DNA of 64,000 nucleotides from Bugula neritina (taxonomy: Eukaryota; Animalia; Bryozoa). The DNA lies in NCBI GenBank assembly GCA_964035545.1, contig OZ037768.1, positions 17,963,700-18,027,699 of the forward strand. Reading direction: 5' to 3'. Below are positions 34,101-48,000 of the stretch, in pieces (the stretch's first letter is position 1; each line of letters opens with the position of its first letter). The translations under genes and the position numbers were made by a program. Below the pieces are notes generated by a model. That model had not been told where the DNA came from and made no database searches. It saw only the letters and a list, made by a program, of their open reading frames with translations.

Positions 34101-37100
34101 TAGTCATGTTTGTAAGTTGCTATCACTGTGGTGGTTTTGTTGTAGAACTCAGATCTCTAGCTAATGAGTCTTTCACACTTCATCTAGTCATAAATTCATG
34201 GGTGTGATTTTAGCTTTCTGTAGAATGTAATAGTTAATGTGTTGATTGTTGTAGATGATGAGCGTGTAATAATTATATTAGACAACTTATCGGAAATGTT
34301 AGTAAAAAGCTCCTCTCTTTGTCACGCTTTAATTGGAACGGTTGATTACTTGCAGAGAAAGGATACCAAGGTGTTGCTTTTTGATGTTACTAGTTTCACT
34401 TTTGATGCTTGATAACAATTATTTTAGTAGCACTAGACATATGGCATGGTGTATAGCTTCATGTATTGTGTTGTTTTAATTTTTTTTAATTTGCTATTTT
34501 TTTAATTTCTTAAGCATGTTGCTGTAATTCCTATCAAACCTGTACAAATAATCAATATGATTATTTTGATGCTACACCCAACCATATCTTCCGGTTGTTG
34601 TTCATGAACTCCTGTGAAGTTACAGAGCTGATAAATTCTTACAGGTAACCTTCATAACTACCGCTACTTCCAATCTTGCTGACACGGCAGCCACACAAGA
34701 TAACACGTGCTTTCACCAGTGTATCAAGGATATTCATGTTAGTAAGATGAGTTCCATAGATGCTCAGAAGTTTTTCACAGTAAGTATACATTAATTTGTG
34801 TTGCGTTGTGCACATTTGGGCAGAGCTTTAACCTACACCAGTTGATGCTAAGTTGTACGATGATTACATTAATTAATATTTTTCAAAACTAATATTATGC
34901 AGTATTATTTGCTAAAAGTATTTTCTTTTTTTCATTAGGCAGATGTTTCAAAAAGTCTGCCATCCCAGGTTGCAGAACTGTGGAGCCTGGGACATCCTTT
35001 CTCTTTGATCTTGCTCAACATACTGGCTGACCGAGATGTCATGTTCACTTCTCAACTTCTTGAAAGTCAGCAGATCAGCGATCCGTTTGAATGGATTCAA
35101 CAAACTCTCTCGCTGACTTTTAATCAGCTTACCAAACAGCAGCAGAGGGTTCTTCTAACTGTAGCCATGTTTGAAGGAGAGGCTCAATTAGGTGCAGTAC
35201 ACCAAGTACGTTTTATTTCTAGCTGGTAATAAAAAATACCTGCTATTTGTAGCTGAACTAATTTCTTACGAAGCTTTAATAACACTTTTTTCATCTATTT
35301 GTATGGTTATGTTATTATTTAGCATGATTTGTCATAGTATTATTACTCCAGATAAAGTTAACATTTCCCTTATGTGAGTGTAATTGTAGGCTGTCTAATA
35401 TAATTATAATATAAATGTTGATATTTTTTGTTAGATAATGGGATCATCTCGGTTATCTGATGTTAACGAGTTTTGTGAGAAAATTCAGAAAGATTTCAAC
35501 ACAGGGTTTTGGCTATCCTTTAGTACCAGTGATGTAGCTGTAGAACGCTTTGATGAAACTCTACTTCATACCTCACACTCACTTGTTAAACAATTTCTCT
35601 TAAACTTCATCAGTTTGAACTGTGAGGATGGAACAAGCGATGAGCACCGATTTATACGAATGGTAAAAGTCTGCAGTTCTCTTTGATTTTACGAAATCTT
35701 GCAGTCTCTTTGCAGGAACTATCTCTTGTAAAAGCAAGTGTGAAAAACCAACATAGAAACATTTTATCAATGCAAAATCTTGAGGGCTTGATCTCAATTT
35801 AAATTTCTCAAACACAACTTGAAATGTACGTAATTAACTAAAATTATGACATTTATTCAGTGAACTCGCTCACACAATCAGCCAGTCAATCTGTAGGCAA
35901 ATTTTGTTACAATCACTGTAGGATTTTTAGGCTGTATTTTCGTTTTTTAGGTTAAAGAAAATTTTATTCATTACCATATTAACATTCTTGTGGAAGTTGG
36001 GAAAAATTGTATTGAGAACCCAGAAAAATCTTGCAGGCTCTTGATGAGGAATAAAACAAATATTACACAAGCTTTTAAAATTATATCTAGTGGATTTGGC
36101 ACTTCTCTAACACTCCTTAGTACCCTCGAAAAAAGCCCGAGATCATCAGAAGACATAGGCTATCTGTACCTTTGCTTGTATCAGAACCCTGGTTATTTTG
36201 AGGAGCACCTGGTGGAATCACTAGAGCAGCTTGTCACTTCAAACCGTGTCGTAGCTTCAGCTTCTCAGTACTACTGGACACTTTTCAGACTGGTTCTTGT
36301 GGCAGAGGGCAAGTGGAAGGTTCTGGAATCTGTAGTACAAGATGGCAACTCACACGCTTCTCACTTGTGCAAATCCTTGAATATCTATACAAGGGCTGTT
36401 CTAGCATCACACTTGCAAGACATACCAAATGCTGATAAGTATGACAAATTATCTTGTGCGCTTAAAGAGATAAAAAAAGAAAAAAGGCAAAGTGAACGAA
36501 AACAAGTACGGAACTTCTCAACAGTGACTAAATACTTTAGCATACTTATTCGCCTGTCTATGTTATCTGCTGCTCAATTAGGTAAAGCACAGTCTTCTAC
36601 AGCCATTAAGAAGCTGTGTGAAGATGCCAACAAAGATGCATCATATGTCGAGATTTTAAAACCACTGTGAGTAAATCATGCTGCTATTAAGAAACTTTCG
36701 AAATTATAATTTTATTAAAAGCTGGTTATTCAATTAGGTTCTAAGGTACATATTTACAGCAGATATTCAAATTTAGTTTCAAGTCATCTGACACACAAGC
36801 AATCATAGTTTTACATACTTCTATATGGACAGGGTTTTGAAGGCTCTCGGCAAAGTGTGTGGGAACAAGGAGAAGTATTGCAGGTCTGCGCTGAATCACT
36901 ATAAAAAGATGCAGCAGGGAGAGCTTCAAGAAGCGGCTGAGTGTATGATCAACCTCACTGAAGTCTCATTAGAACGGTAAGTTATAATTTTATATTTTAA
37001 AAATTTATATATTATATATTATTCGATCATAAGGTTTGATGTGAAATTATTTGGTTTTATAATTTGACGACGTAATGTAACATTCCATTGAATCACAACA

Positions 37101-39548
37101 ACCACTAAAGCTTCCTAACTGTTTTGAAATTACAGTATTACTGGAAATTTCATTAAAATATGATTAAATCATTAGGATATTTAATAAATTTAGCTGAACT
37201 ATTGCTGTAACAGTTAAAATCTTAACTAGGGGTTCTTACTTGGGAAAATTTTTAATACTTGCTCTAAGTTAATTAAGATTGTCAAATGAAGCCCATACAG
37301 TTAGTTGAGTAAGTCAAGTCAGTTAGTTGAGCAAGTCAAATTGAGTCAAGTCTAACATTTAGGTACGGTAAGTCCTCCATTTAAGCACTCACTCAATCTG
37401 AGCTGTACTCAGCTCTGCTAATCTAGTCATGTCTACAAACTTGCAATGGGAATTAACTACTTTTATTCAAAAAGTTCTCAAATTCTGTTGTAGGTGAATA
37501 GCACCTATATGTTGATGTAAATATACTATCTTTGTAGAGGGTTGAGTGTAATTAATCGTGATGAACTAAAGCAGCATATTGATACCAGTATTAAAATCAT
37601 AGAGAGGAATTCGGTGCTATGCCCCTTGAACTATCTTCTATTCAAAGCACTAGTTTTAAAGGGTGATAGCCGCTATCAGTCTGCTAAGCTCTACCATCAA
37701 ACTCACAGTAAGTTTATTGTATTTGTCATTGTTCATATTTTAGTTTTAATAGTGTAGTAGTTTTGTGGGTAGAATGTAATTAAGCAGGGAGCATAACTCC
37801 GTAATATAAGAAACAAGATAGGTTGTCCGTGTTGAGTAGAATAATCTTTATTATAAGCTATAAGAGTATCTGTGTGTGTGTCTTGATCAGGCGAGCTCCA
37901 GTAGTAGACTGATCTACTCTGTGAGCTCACCTCCTTATATACTGGGAAAAAGTCCCTTTGAGAAACCTCTGCCAATCGCTCCAAGAATCAGGGTTCCCGT
38001 GAAGATGTCCGATCGCATTCGATTGAGTTCGATCGGTTCCAACAATCGAATGTCTCGAACTCAGTCTGAGATCCCGACATCGTCACACTTCCGATTCTCG
38101 GCTTACATAATTGCATAAAATTTACTATATTAAATGAAAAAATTGGGCAGACAAATCTAAATTATTATACGCTAAAAATCACTACATGCACTAATATATA
38201 TTAGTGCATGTGTGTTAGACATATTAGACTGTTGCTGTTGCTAACTACTGCAGCTGTAGAAGGTTTTGTAATGTGGAGGGAGCTTCTAGTGAGTTTACCA
38301 AGCTCCTTCATGTGTGTACTTGCAAGATCTAATCTTCACTCTAAATAGTGTTTTTAACTATTGTTTCCAGAGATGGGTTAATATCTTGCCTCTAGAGCTA
38401 GTAACTAAACTACCACTGAAGTTTTATTCCTCTAAATGAAAAACTGTGTATGCTAATCAATGGCCTCTAGTGCAGAATATCGAAACTTTTGATCCTGTTT
38501 TTAGCCTTGAGCAGTGAAAAAGAAGAGTTAAAAAGTGCTCTAGTCAACCTTGAGAGGGCTTACAATCTGCTTCATCGTGATAACACATCTTGTAGCTTGC
38601 ACTTAGCTGAAAATGTAAAATTTCTAAAAAGACTGAAAGATATCCTCCCTCGTATACTCAGTTACTGTAGACCTAATGTTTCTCCTGAAACATTACAGCA
38701 AGTGACGTCTACTTTACAGGTAATATGTAGCATTAAAATTTACACCAAGCTATCAATTTTTGCTAGTATTGGGATAGTTATTAATACGGTAGTTTCATAA
38801 ATTAATTTCTTAGGTCTTTCATAGACTAGAGTCTTCATTGAAGCTCTATGATTTTCTTTTTCAAAACTGTGCTTCAACAGGTAAATATTATTGTGTTGTT
38901 AATGCTTGCCACATCGAAGTATTTTGGTCTAGTTTTCTCGTTTTATTTTGAACATTTATAACAACAAATTGCAAACAGCATCATGTAAATAGGTTTTGTT
39001 GATGTACATGAAATAATTTTGAATGCAACAATTGTTTTGTACATTTAATGAACAGGTTTGTTATGCTGCTAGCTCAATCAGCTAAAGTTGCTATATTTAG
39101 AAAACTGGATGTCATACTTTATTAAGAATATTGAACTTGTATTACAAAGATTTACTATTTCTAACTTATCAACACAGTAATTTATTGTTGCAACTTAAGT
39201 TGAAAATTATAATTTCTCTGACCAATTCATGTTTTTCCAAATTAGATTTGTGATTGCTGTATATCTGACCATTTTGTTATGTATGCTTTGTAGACACTGC
39301 TAACACAAGCATCAGGAAGTAGTAGTATTGAACTAAAAATATCCACTGGCAGTAGTCTTGACATCTCAGCCCATGTCAAACACATTCGTTTTCCAGAAGT
39401 TAGCGCAGAGTTTGCTGAAGCCACTACTACTTCCGTACAGGAAACCCACATTGCAGATTCTGTAGACACTTTTAAACTGCCTATACAGCCCAAAGACTCT
39501 GCAGATATCAGTGGTTGCAGCCCGGTGAAAATTCCACGCCAAGAATAA
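31159..39548 (+). CDS. NLR-like STAND protein: DED-like N-terminus, NB-ARC NTPase, helical/TPR-like C-terminus (gene B, ~910-1000 aa)
   Basis: In-frame GT-AG exons 31159-31231, 31504-31706, 32131-32272, 32612-32720, 33628-33761, 34255-34370, 34645-34779, 34939-35205, 35435-35662, 35951-36666, 36833-36976, 37538-37707, 38505-38719, 38814-38880, and a last exon from 39294 (stop at 39322 or 39548 depending on frame). Motifs in order: VYGRVDEL, Walker A VWGQHGFGKS, Walker B VIIILDNL, RNBS-B KVTFITT, RNBS-C SKMSSIDAQKFF, GxP GHPFSL, RNBS-D LSLTFNQLTKQQQRVLLTVAMFEG, MHD-like SHSLVKQF. Confidence 0.85.
33863..34045. repeat. Minisatellite, ~18-bp unit (intron of NLR-like gene B)
   Basis: (TATAATGTTCTGTAGTA[TA])n, about 8-10 degenerate copies. 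Confidence 0.85.
37753..38186 (-). mobile_element. Probable solo LTR (434 bp)
   Basis: TGTAGTAGTTTT...AAAAATCACTACA termini, CpG-richer than the flanks, AATAAA on the minus strand; no clean TSD found. Confidence 0.5.
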
Positions 39549-40303
39549 AAACTTCAAATTACCTCAATTATAGATTATTTTTTGTTAGGACATTACATGA
39601 GCTTGGAAAGCCTTTGTTGAATCATTACAGCTTCAATTGTATTCTCATAGCTATGTTAGCTACAACATGTTTTTCTCTGTTGTGTTATTGACTGATATAC
39701 TGCTATTTTGGCTACCACAAAAAAGCTATCTTTTTAGACTATTATAAACCCAGCACCTTATGTTATTCACTCTTTTTCACTCAGTCTGTGATGATAAGTA
39801 AGCATCTCTATTAAAACACAACACTTTTTTATATTTTTGTAGTAATAGCTAGGTTATTGAAAAACTTTTTTGCTGTAAATACATTTTTGACAAAGGTAAT
39901 GAAATAAAGTTATAAATGTTGAAAAATGTTGCAATTTCAATCGCAAAACTATGAATTCCAAATCTCAAAGCATAACTGCTCAATATAAGCAAACCACAGC
40001 AACTAAACTAAACTAAAAGCAAGTCTGTTATAAATGCAGGGTATTCAAGTGAAATTTAACTGTATTTTGTGGTGAAAAAAATATAATAGAAGTAAGCATT
40101 TAACATACACATGACAATTATAGTATAGTAAGTGGATAATAAATAGAGACAAATTGTATTACAACTAAAAAAAAGTATTTTAAAAGCATTGAGAATATGC
40201 TGATTAAAAAGTGTAAAATAAAACTCTAATGACAGTTTAATTTGCAAAATATATTGCTAAAGGCATTCTGTGCTTTACTATTGCTATGCACAAGTTAAAT
40301 CAT

Positions 40304-42645
40304 TTACTTATCAACCATGCTGATCATCTTTTCTCGTACCAGCTGAGCTTGATCTTTCAGTCGCTGTGCTAGAAGCTCATACTTGGCTCTCTGCCAACAG
40401 AGAAATAAACAGCACATTAACAGAGTAATGTCTATTGTTACAAGACAAAATAATGCCCATTAATACTACCACTATCACTTTCCAAGCATTATGGGAATGG
40501 ATTTTTTATTCAATGTTTGGAAACAGTTGCATCTAATGAAACCACAACTATAAGTTAATGCAAACCGCAACGGCAAATCCATAGGTCTAATGGGAAGCAA
40601 TGGAAATGCAATGAATGCAGAGTAATATATTGCATCTACATTAATTTTACATACAGCTAAACTAATGCTGAAGTCTAAATTTTTTATTTCTAAATGGACA
40701 AAGTTAGTTATTAAACTATAATAGATTTGATAACACAAAATAAATAATATTTTTTTCTTTTATTCAAACATTCTTGTTTCAATTAAGGTCACAAAAACAA
40801 TTCAAAAATTAACTCAAAATTAAAATTGCATGACAAATTGAGTGCTTGGTCAAATTTAAACTTACTATAACATTTTTCTGTCGATGAACTTCCATTTCAA
40901 GGAATTCTTTTCTAGTAATATCTGTTTCATAGATCCTAGCCTTTTTTAAAAACTCACACTTTCCTCTAGAATGTGATACATGCTCTTCCCTGTAAAAATA
41001 TATCAATATTAAATATTTTGTACGTAAATTCTTCAACAACCAAAATGCAAAAAAAACAGATTTAAATTATGTGAAATACTGCAACTTAAAATGCATTCAG
41101 TTCTTATTTTATTATATATATTTATATTGTCTACTTAAATTTTAAAGGCCATTACGGCTTGCTAGTAATAAAGCAGCTGGTGTACTACTAAAAAAAACTA
41201 ACATTTTAGTGTGACCTCACAAATAATAGAAGTTCTAGATCCTATACAACGACAGTTTTTCTACTAATAAAAGAATATTCAAAATAAATACAAGTATGCA
41301 TTATATACCTTTACATTTATTTTTACTATACTACAATTATGACATTGGAACTTCAAGTGCAACTGTAACAGTCTAACTGGTACAGTTAAATTAATTTCTA
41401 CTATGGTTCAGTTACCAAGGATCATCTTGCTCTTCCCATCCATCCAACTCTTTGCAACAAAAGAAGCATTTGGCTGCATCAGGAGACTCGTCAGTTGGTG
41501 TGTGCACAAAACCAGCTTCCGCCATCTAAAAGAGTACAATGCTTTTATAGAACATTCTTTAGGTGAAAAGAGTCTCTGGTATTTTAATACTTTACATAAA
41601 CTTTGTGTTTATGTAGCACACGACTGCAAAACCTGATGCAGCTCTCTATTAGTTGGAACTTAGAGAGAAATGAACTAAAAGTGCATAGCAAAATTACTTT
41701 GGAATTGCACCTCGTCAACACACCCAAATTCTATGCCAACATGAAATTTATTACTGTAAACTAAAACAACATCGCACATTAAGGCTACGAGATTTTTAAT
41801 AATTTAAACTTTAGGCAAATCTTGTTCCAAATTTTCACAAACCTAGGAAACTTTTATAATAAATAATTCTAAAATGTTAAATAACACCAGTTTAATGATA
41901 TTTAGCATTTAATCAATATATTGGAAAATCAAAGTTCCAATTTCTGCATATAGCAGCAAGTATTAGCACTTAATCTAGGCTTATTTTCTCTTCTCAAAAT
42001 CACTCTGTGCCTCATGAACTAAAACCCCATAACATTGCAGCTCAAATTGGTAGTAGCTATTAGGCTGACAGAGATTTGATGGATTACTAACAAAATTAGA
42101 TGGCAGTAAGCAAAATCTAGAAGAAAAAACAATAAGACACATGGCTCGCAGAATGTAGATTACTTAGGTTGAAAATGTAACAACAATCAGTAACAAATGA
42201 GTTCAATACCATACAATCAATTAGCTAATATTACGATTCATAAAAAAATTTATGTACATGAACAAGATCCAAACTTCATATAAATATATTCAATGTTAGA
42301 ATTGGCTATTAAGTCTACTATGAACCTTTGGCAATGAATATATATTGATATTGGCATGACTACGTAACAATACTTTGTCGTAGTAGTTACACTTACTGCT
42401 TCAGCTGTACATTTTATTTTCAACTTCCGTTTGGTTCCTTTGGCTTTCTCTTCAAATGGCCAATTTACAAAAGTGTTTTTTCTATTTTCTTCAATAACAT
42501 ATTTAAGATCTTTCAGTATTGCCATTTGTGCTTGCAGAACATCTTTTTCACAACTACCATTAATAGAGAATGATTCGAATCCACTTGACCTGGCAGAAGT
42601 ATTGGTTTGGGCCAACAGTGATGTATTCGATTCCAAGTCTCCCAT
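40304..42645 (-). CDS. BIRC5: Survivin (single-BIR IAP, chromosomal passenger subunit), ~189 aa
   Basis: Exons 42645-42397, 41525-41416, 40989-40866, 40390-40304: [10 protein letters not shown]...[56 protein letters not shown] followed by a C-terminal helix. Confidence 0.93.
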
Positions 42646-42699
42646 GATGATTACAATCAATTTGGCTCTGGCAAAAATTTATTCTCTTCTACCTACAAC

Positions 42700-43200
42700 C
42701 TTTAGAACCAGAAATAGTTAGTTAGTGACTTTTGGTTAATGCTAAAATTATAAGAGTTTCTGGTGTTCCTGATAGTTTTACCACAAAGCTTAGGATACCA
42801 TTTGCCCAACAAAACTTAGTTAACCTATGGCTATAGGCTATAATACAACAAATAGTTATGATTTCTTAGTTGAGTTTGACTGATAGTTATTGCATCAGCT
42901 TCAGTCAAACTCTATCACAATGACAATCATAGTGATAATTATAATAATTATTAAATACTATATCATGATCACAATAACAACAATTCACAACGACAATGAC
43001 ATTGATAATGCCAACGGCAACTAGCAACATTTACTTTTAGTTTTACTAACTCTTACTCTCTAGACTCATACTCATAGACATAGCTTAAGTCTTAGTCTTA
43101 GTCTAACTCTAACGACTAACAGTAACTTCTTACTTCGAAGTGATTTAATTTTTATTTTACTCTCAATCTTAATCTTATGTCAACGCAATAGCATAGGCAT
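42700..43200. repeat. Hexamer-periodic low-complexity tract near the survivin 5' end
   Basis: ctatggctataggctata, acaatgacaatc, actcatactcata, gtcttagtcttagtct, gcataggcatag. Confidence 0.65.
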
Positions 43201-44424
43201 AGCTGACAAGCTTAAACAAACGTAATAAATAAATGGTCAGCAATAAATGTAATGCAAGCGTTTTGCTAACAACCTTGAAGATAATTGCCTAGTAATAAAA
43301 TAAGTAATATTTTTATTTCTAGAATCTTTTTTGAAGAATTTCGATTTTGAACACTACAACTTTGCCGCAAACTAAATTCTATTGAACTCTGCAATGCTTT
43401 ATATAGAATACTAATGAATCTAATAGAATTTCTCATCTATGAACTCGCAGTCTAAAGTGATGTTTGCTAAAAGAGACAACTCCTAATACAGCTGTAGTCT
43501 GCACAGTAGTATCTCCCAGTACATTTGTACTTGCTTCTTCATTATATTATCCTACTGATAAAACTCTAAATGTATTACTAGTTTATTATAATAATTAACA
43601 AAAATAAACCTTTTTATAGTTATTTATAAAAGCACAGTTTAGTTATGTAATATGAGCTACAAGGCTGAATGTAATGAATTTAGCTTGACAAACGCAGTGT
43701 TATTCTTCTACATGTACTTGAAACTTTTGCATTCCCAAATGCTAATATGAACCATATATACTCACATTTATTTCAATTAATCAATGGTTATGATGGGTGC
43801 ACAAAGTTAAGCATGCTAAAACATTTTTTCCAAAAGTTAAGCTTGAAATCAGTTCTTATATAATTATTTTGTACCAACATTTAAAGTCATTGTACTGGGC
43901 CAAACTTTTTACAGAAAAATATGCATAACAAAATTTTTATATGGAAATTCTGTTATAAAACCCCAGATTTTGCTGTTTGTCATTAGATGATCAAAACTGG
44001 AAAATGCATTTATAGTGTGACATGCAGGTGCAAATCTTTCTTAGCTTTTCTTAAATAAAGCATTTGGCTCAATGGTGATGTGGGTAGCTTTTGTTATTCA
44101 ACTGATATCTTTAAAACTAACAGCTTATTGATCTTGAAAGTAAACACCAATCAGTTTTATATATGAAATTTTTGTCAGTTTCATTAAAAACAATTTATAC
44201 ATGCATGCATCACAAATTATATATGCCGGTTTCAGACCAAACATTGTTGTACTGCATTATGTTTATTACCATTTGTGTTATTATGACATATAGCTACTAA
44301 ATATATTTGTGTTCTAATATATGTAACTCTTTGTTGATACCTAAGAATTGCAGCTATCAGCATGCACTAACTTATAAAGCAGAATAACACCAATCAGATG
44401 TTTATAACTGCATGAGGTCAAATA

Positions 44425-44620
44425 GGGAGCAGTAGTGGTTGAGGGGTTAGAGTGTTTGGCTTCACGAAGTCATGGGCTTGAACCCCAGTAACGGCCATTG
44501 ATGATGTTAGGAAGGTCATCCAGTCATAATTGCTCCTGCATTACATAGGAATAAGTCCTTTAAACCCACTTTAAAAAATCCTTTCCATTAGGGGTTTCTC
44601 CCAGGGATGGCGACTATATT
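44425..44620 (+). mobile_element. tRNA-derived SINE
   Basis: GGGAGCAGTAGTGGTTGAGGGGTTAGAG (A box), GGCTTGAACCC (B box), then a body with GATGTTAGGAAGGTCATCCAGTCATAA resembling central SINE motifs seen in invertebrates. Confidence 0.6.
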
Positions 44621-45036
44621 CAAATATATTCATCAAAATAATTGGCCAGCAATCAGCTAGCATCTATAACTCTCTGCAACACGTAGTGAAACTGTCATCA
44701 TGTAAAAAGATATTAAACTTTTTTAACAAAATATTGTTTCATTGGACAGTTAAAATAATAGATAAATATATTATATTAGTTTGATGTCACTAAATACTTC
44801 TACAACAATTCAAATATATGAATATAAACTGATTGTTAAAGATTAATGTAAATAACTTAAACGCAATGTTTATTCTCAACACCATTGTTGCCAACTTCAC
44901 TCGCAATCATTTTATGTACGCAGCTAGTAAATGTTATCTTAACATGTACAATATTGCTATGATTATATTGATGTGAATGAAATACTAATATGGATTTCTC
45001 TGTATTATTAACTCACCTGTTCTGTATTTTGAACAG

Positions 45037-48000
45037 TATACTAAACCTTGAAGAATTGGGTAAGCAATATATTTATTACTACAACTTTTTCAGTCAATAT
45101 AATTCCGCCATTACTTTTAATATTAGTACATTAATATTTTGAATACTCATAGTATCACATAGTGTAAGTATAATGTAAGTATTATCAGCATGAAGTACAT
45201 TTACTAGTTCTCATCATTAAATATGAATTTCTTTTTCACATATAAAGTAAATTGCATTGCTGTGTTTGAAATTGCAATTAAAATACAATTCTTGCATATG
45301 AAAAAATAAAACTCTTTAATCTAACTAAATCTGGTGAGTTTGTTTCACAATTTTAGACAAATGTTTCCGTGTTGAGAAACCAAAGTCAGTTCTGCAAAGG
45401 TTTATAGAATATTTGTAAGTATTTTTAGCTATGCATAAGATGTACATCTGTAAAAGTTTTATTGAAGTGTATCACATGTACAACACAATCTCACAACCAC
45501 ATAGAAATACTTTAGCAACTTACATTTTGCCATCTTTTCGTTTAATTTGTTATTTTATTCTATGGTTAGAGTATACTATGAGTTTTACACAAAAGTTACC
45601 AAAACTGTAGGCTTTTTATTTAAAATTACTGGCCAACAGTTAAATAAAACACACTAATTTAGTATTAAATGCACAATATTTTAGTATTTTGATTGAAAAT
45701 AAAACTCAGTTTTTTTCTAAAGTACTACATTTATGAATGCACACATAAAAAAAGATTTTAGCTTCAAAAATATTGTTGGTAAACAACCGCAATCAGGAAT
45801 TGCATATAATATTTATTTGTTGACATTTTAGTTATGATGTTGAGCCTTCCCATATTCCAAACACATTGGAAGGTAAATTCTATGTATCATTTCATGCAGA
45901 TTTTATAAACTCATCAACTACCTCCCTGTCCCAATTTTCAATTGTTTTCATCTGTTGCAAACTATGTAAAGTATTTTAGTTGTTTGGGATTGTTTTAATT
46001 TCATGTTACTAACTGCTAGCAATGTAAGCTTCCAGATGAACTTGGTTTGGGATCAAGCTAAAGAATGATTTTATTGTCATATGAGATGCTATGTCCCTGC
46101 CCCTATCTAATGCAGCATGGTAGCATGGTAACATGTTGAATTAACAAGTTCTAAAATAGTTTAATCTGATGTATAACCTTATAGTGTGGTGGAGTTATTG
46201 TCTCTCTATGATGGTGAAGCTGGTGTCTAAGGCTAATGCTGCTGTAGATTATTTCTATTTGGATGGGTAAGTGGAAAATAAATTGTTTTAAAATATTAGT
46301 AAAGAAAATATTTTTATATAATTTTATATGTTTAAAAAAACATACTAGATAGTGACAACTTGTTTTGCAAGAATTGGAACAAAGTATATATATGTACATT
46401 TTAAAAATGGAAGACACATAATTTTTAAAAAAATAGTACATGACTCATAGAAAAATTTGCACCTTTAGCAAACAAAAGGCATTAGTTTTTATGCTTCAGA
46501 ATGGCCTACATTAAAGAAACTCTCTTTTTCGTCATTGTGGCTTTAATCATGGTTGCTGTGAAAACTCGTCTCCAGAAGGGGTCAGACAACTCCAGTCTCA
46601 CAGCCCCACATCATACTGAAAAGCCATTGACTCCATCTATTACAAGCACAGCTCATGCAGGCACCCAATGTAAGTTGAACCTGGTTTCCTTGAAGTAAGC
46701 AAGTAATCGTCTTTGTAACAAATAGATTTTTAAATATACCATTGACATAATCAAATATAGAATTTTTAATCAACATTGGAACCCGGTACCAATAACTAAT
46801 AAGTAGTTCAATAAAATTGTGCTTACAAATATTTTTTAAGCAATAAGGTTGAAGCAATAAAATGAAACTCAAGAATTACATATGATATATTTCAATATAA
46901 AATATAAAACATTTGGATATTTACTGCTATATAGCAAGACATCTTGAACAATTAGCAGAAAGAACGCAAAAAGTCATATTTATAAAACTGTTAGTATAAC
47001 AAAATATTTTACTTTTTATTCGTTAAAACTGCTTTGTTTTTAGATGAGAGAAATTCATTGAACCAGAAATCAATTGGCACTACAACAGCACTCACACAAA
47101 TAGTGATGAACCAAGCTTACGGAAAAGCTATTCAAACAAACAACAAAGCGGTGCGTGATGCTTCAACTCAGATGGAAAGATATAAGGCTTATGAAATTGG
47201 GAGTCAGACAGTCGCAAAATCTACTAACAATGGAGAAACCCAGACCAATTTACTATTAACTCAGAATGGGGAAACCCAAACCAATTTATCATCTACTTTA
47301 AATGGGAAACCCCAAACAGATGTTATTCCAAAAACTCTCAAAACTACTGACACTCAAAGTAAGCATATTCAGCAGAAAACTGTTGTTTTATTTGTTTAAA
47401 TTTAAGTGTTTTGCATAAATAGTTAGCTGTGAACATTTGTTTTACTTAAAAATGTTTATTTTAGCAATGTTATTTGTTACCAATTTTGCAGCTTATGCTT
47501 TAATTTTTGCACCACATTAATGTAAATTATATGACATTTTACTGAAAAAAACCTTATCCAACTAAGTTATATAGGCCTATCATGTTTTTCTTTTTATTTT
47601 AAAAATGAAAAAAAAATTTGAAATAATAACATTTGCTTAGATGCTATCTTTTGTGTACATTATATTCTTAGCAACTTAAAAAATATGTTTTGTTTTGGAA
47701 AACAAATGTTAAAGAAAATTAATGTATACCATTTCAATTACAGCTAATCACTCAGCCAGCCCTAAAGACCAAAGCACAAACACTGGCACACCAGACGATG
47801 AAATTTCTTATAGTGACAAACCTAAACCTAGAAGAACTAATAATGAAACCTCTCAAGTGCCTTCAATCTCGACTTTGCCAAACAACAAAACAACTGCCAA
47901 AGCGAAAGGTAAGAGAGACTGACAAATGACAACCCTTACCAACCTCAAGGAATTTTTTTAGCAGAGAGCTGCACAGAAATAATTTCTTTTTGCAGAGGCT

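Noticed and set aside
39294-42645. Functional apoptosome-IAP cluster (NB-ARC gene convergent on an IAP)
   Set aside because: The IAP is survivin, mainly a chromosomal passenger protein; adjacency alone gives no evidence of a shared pathway.
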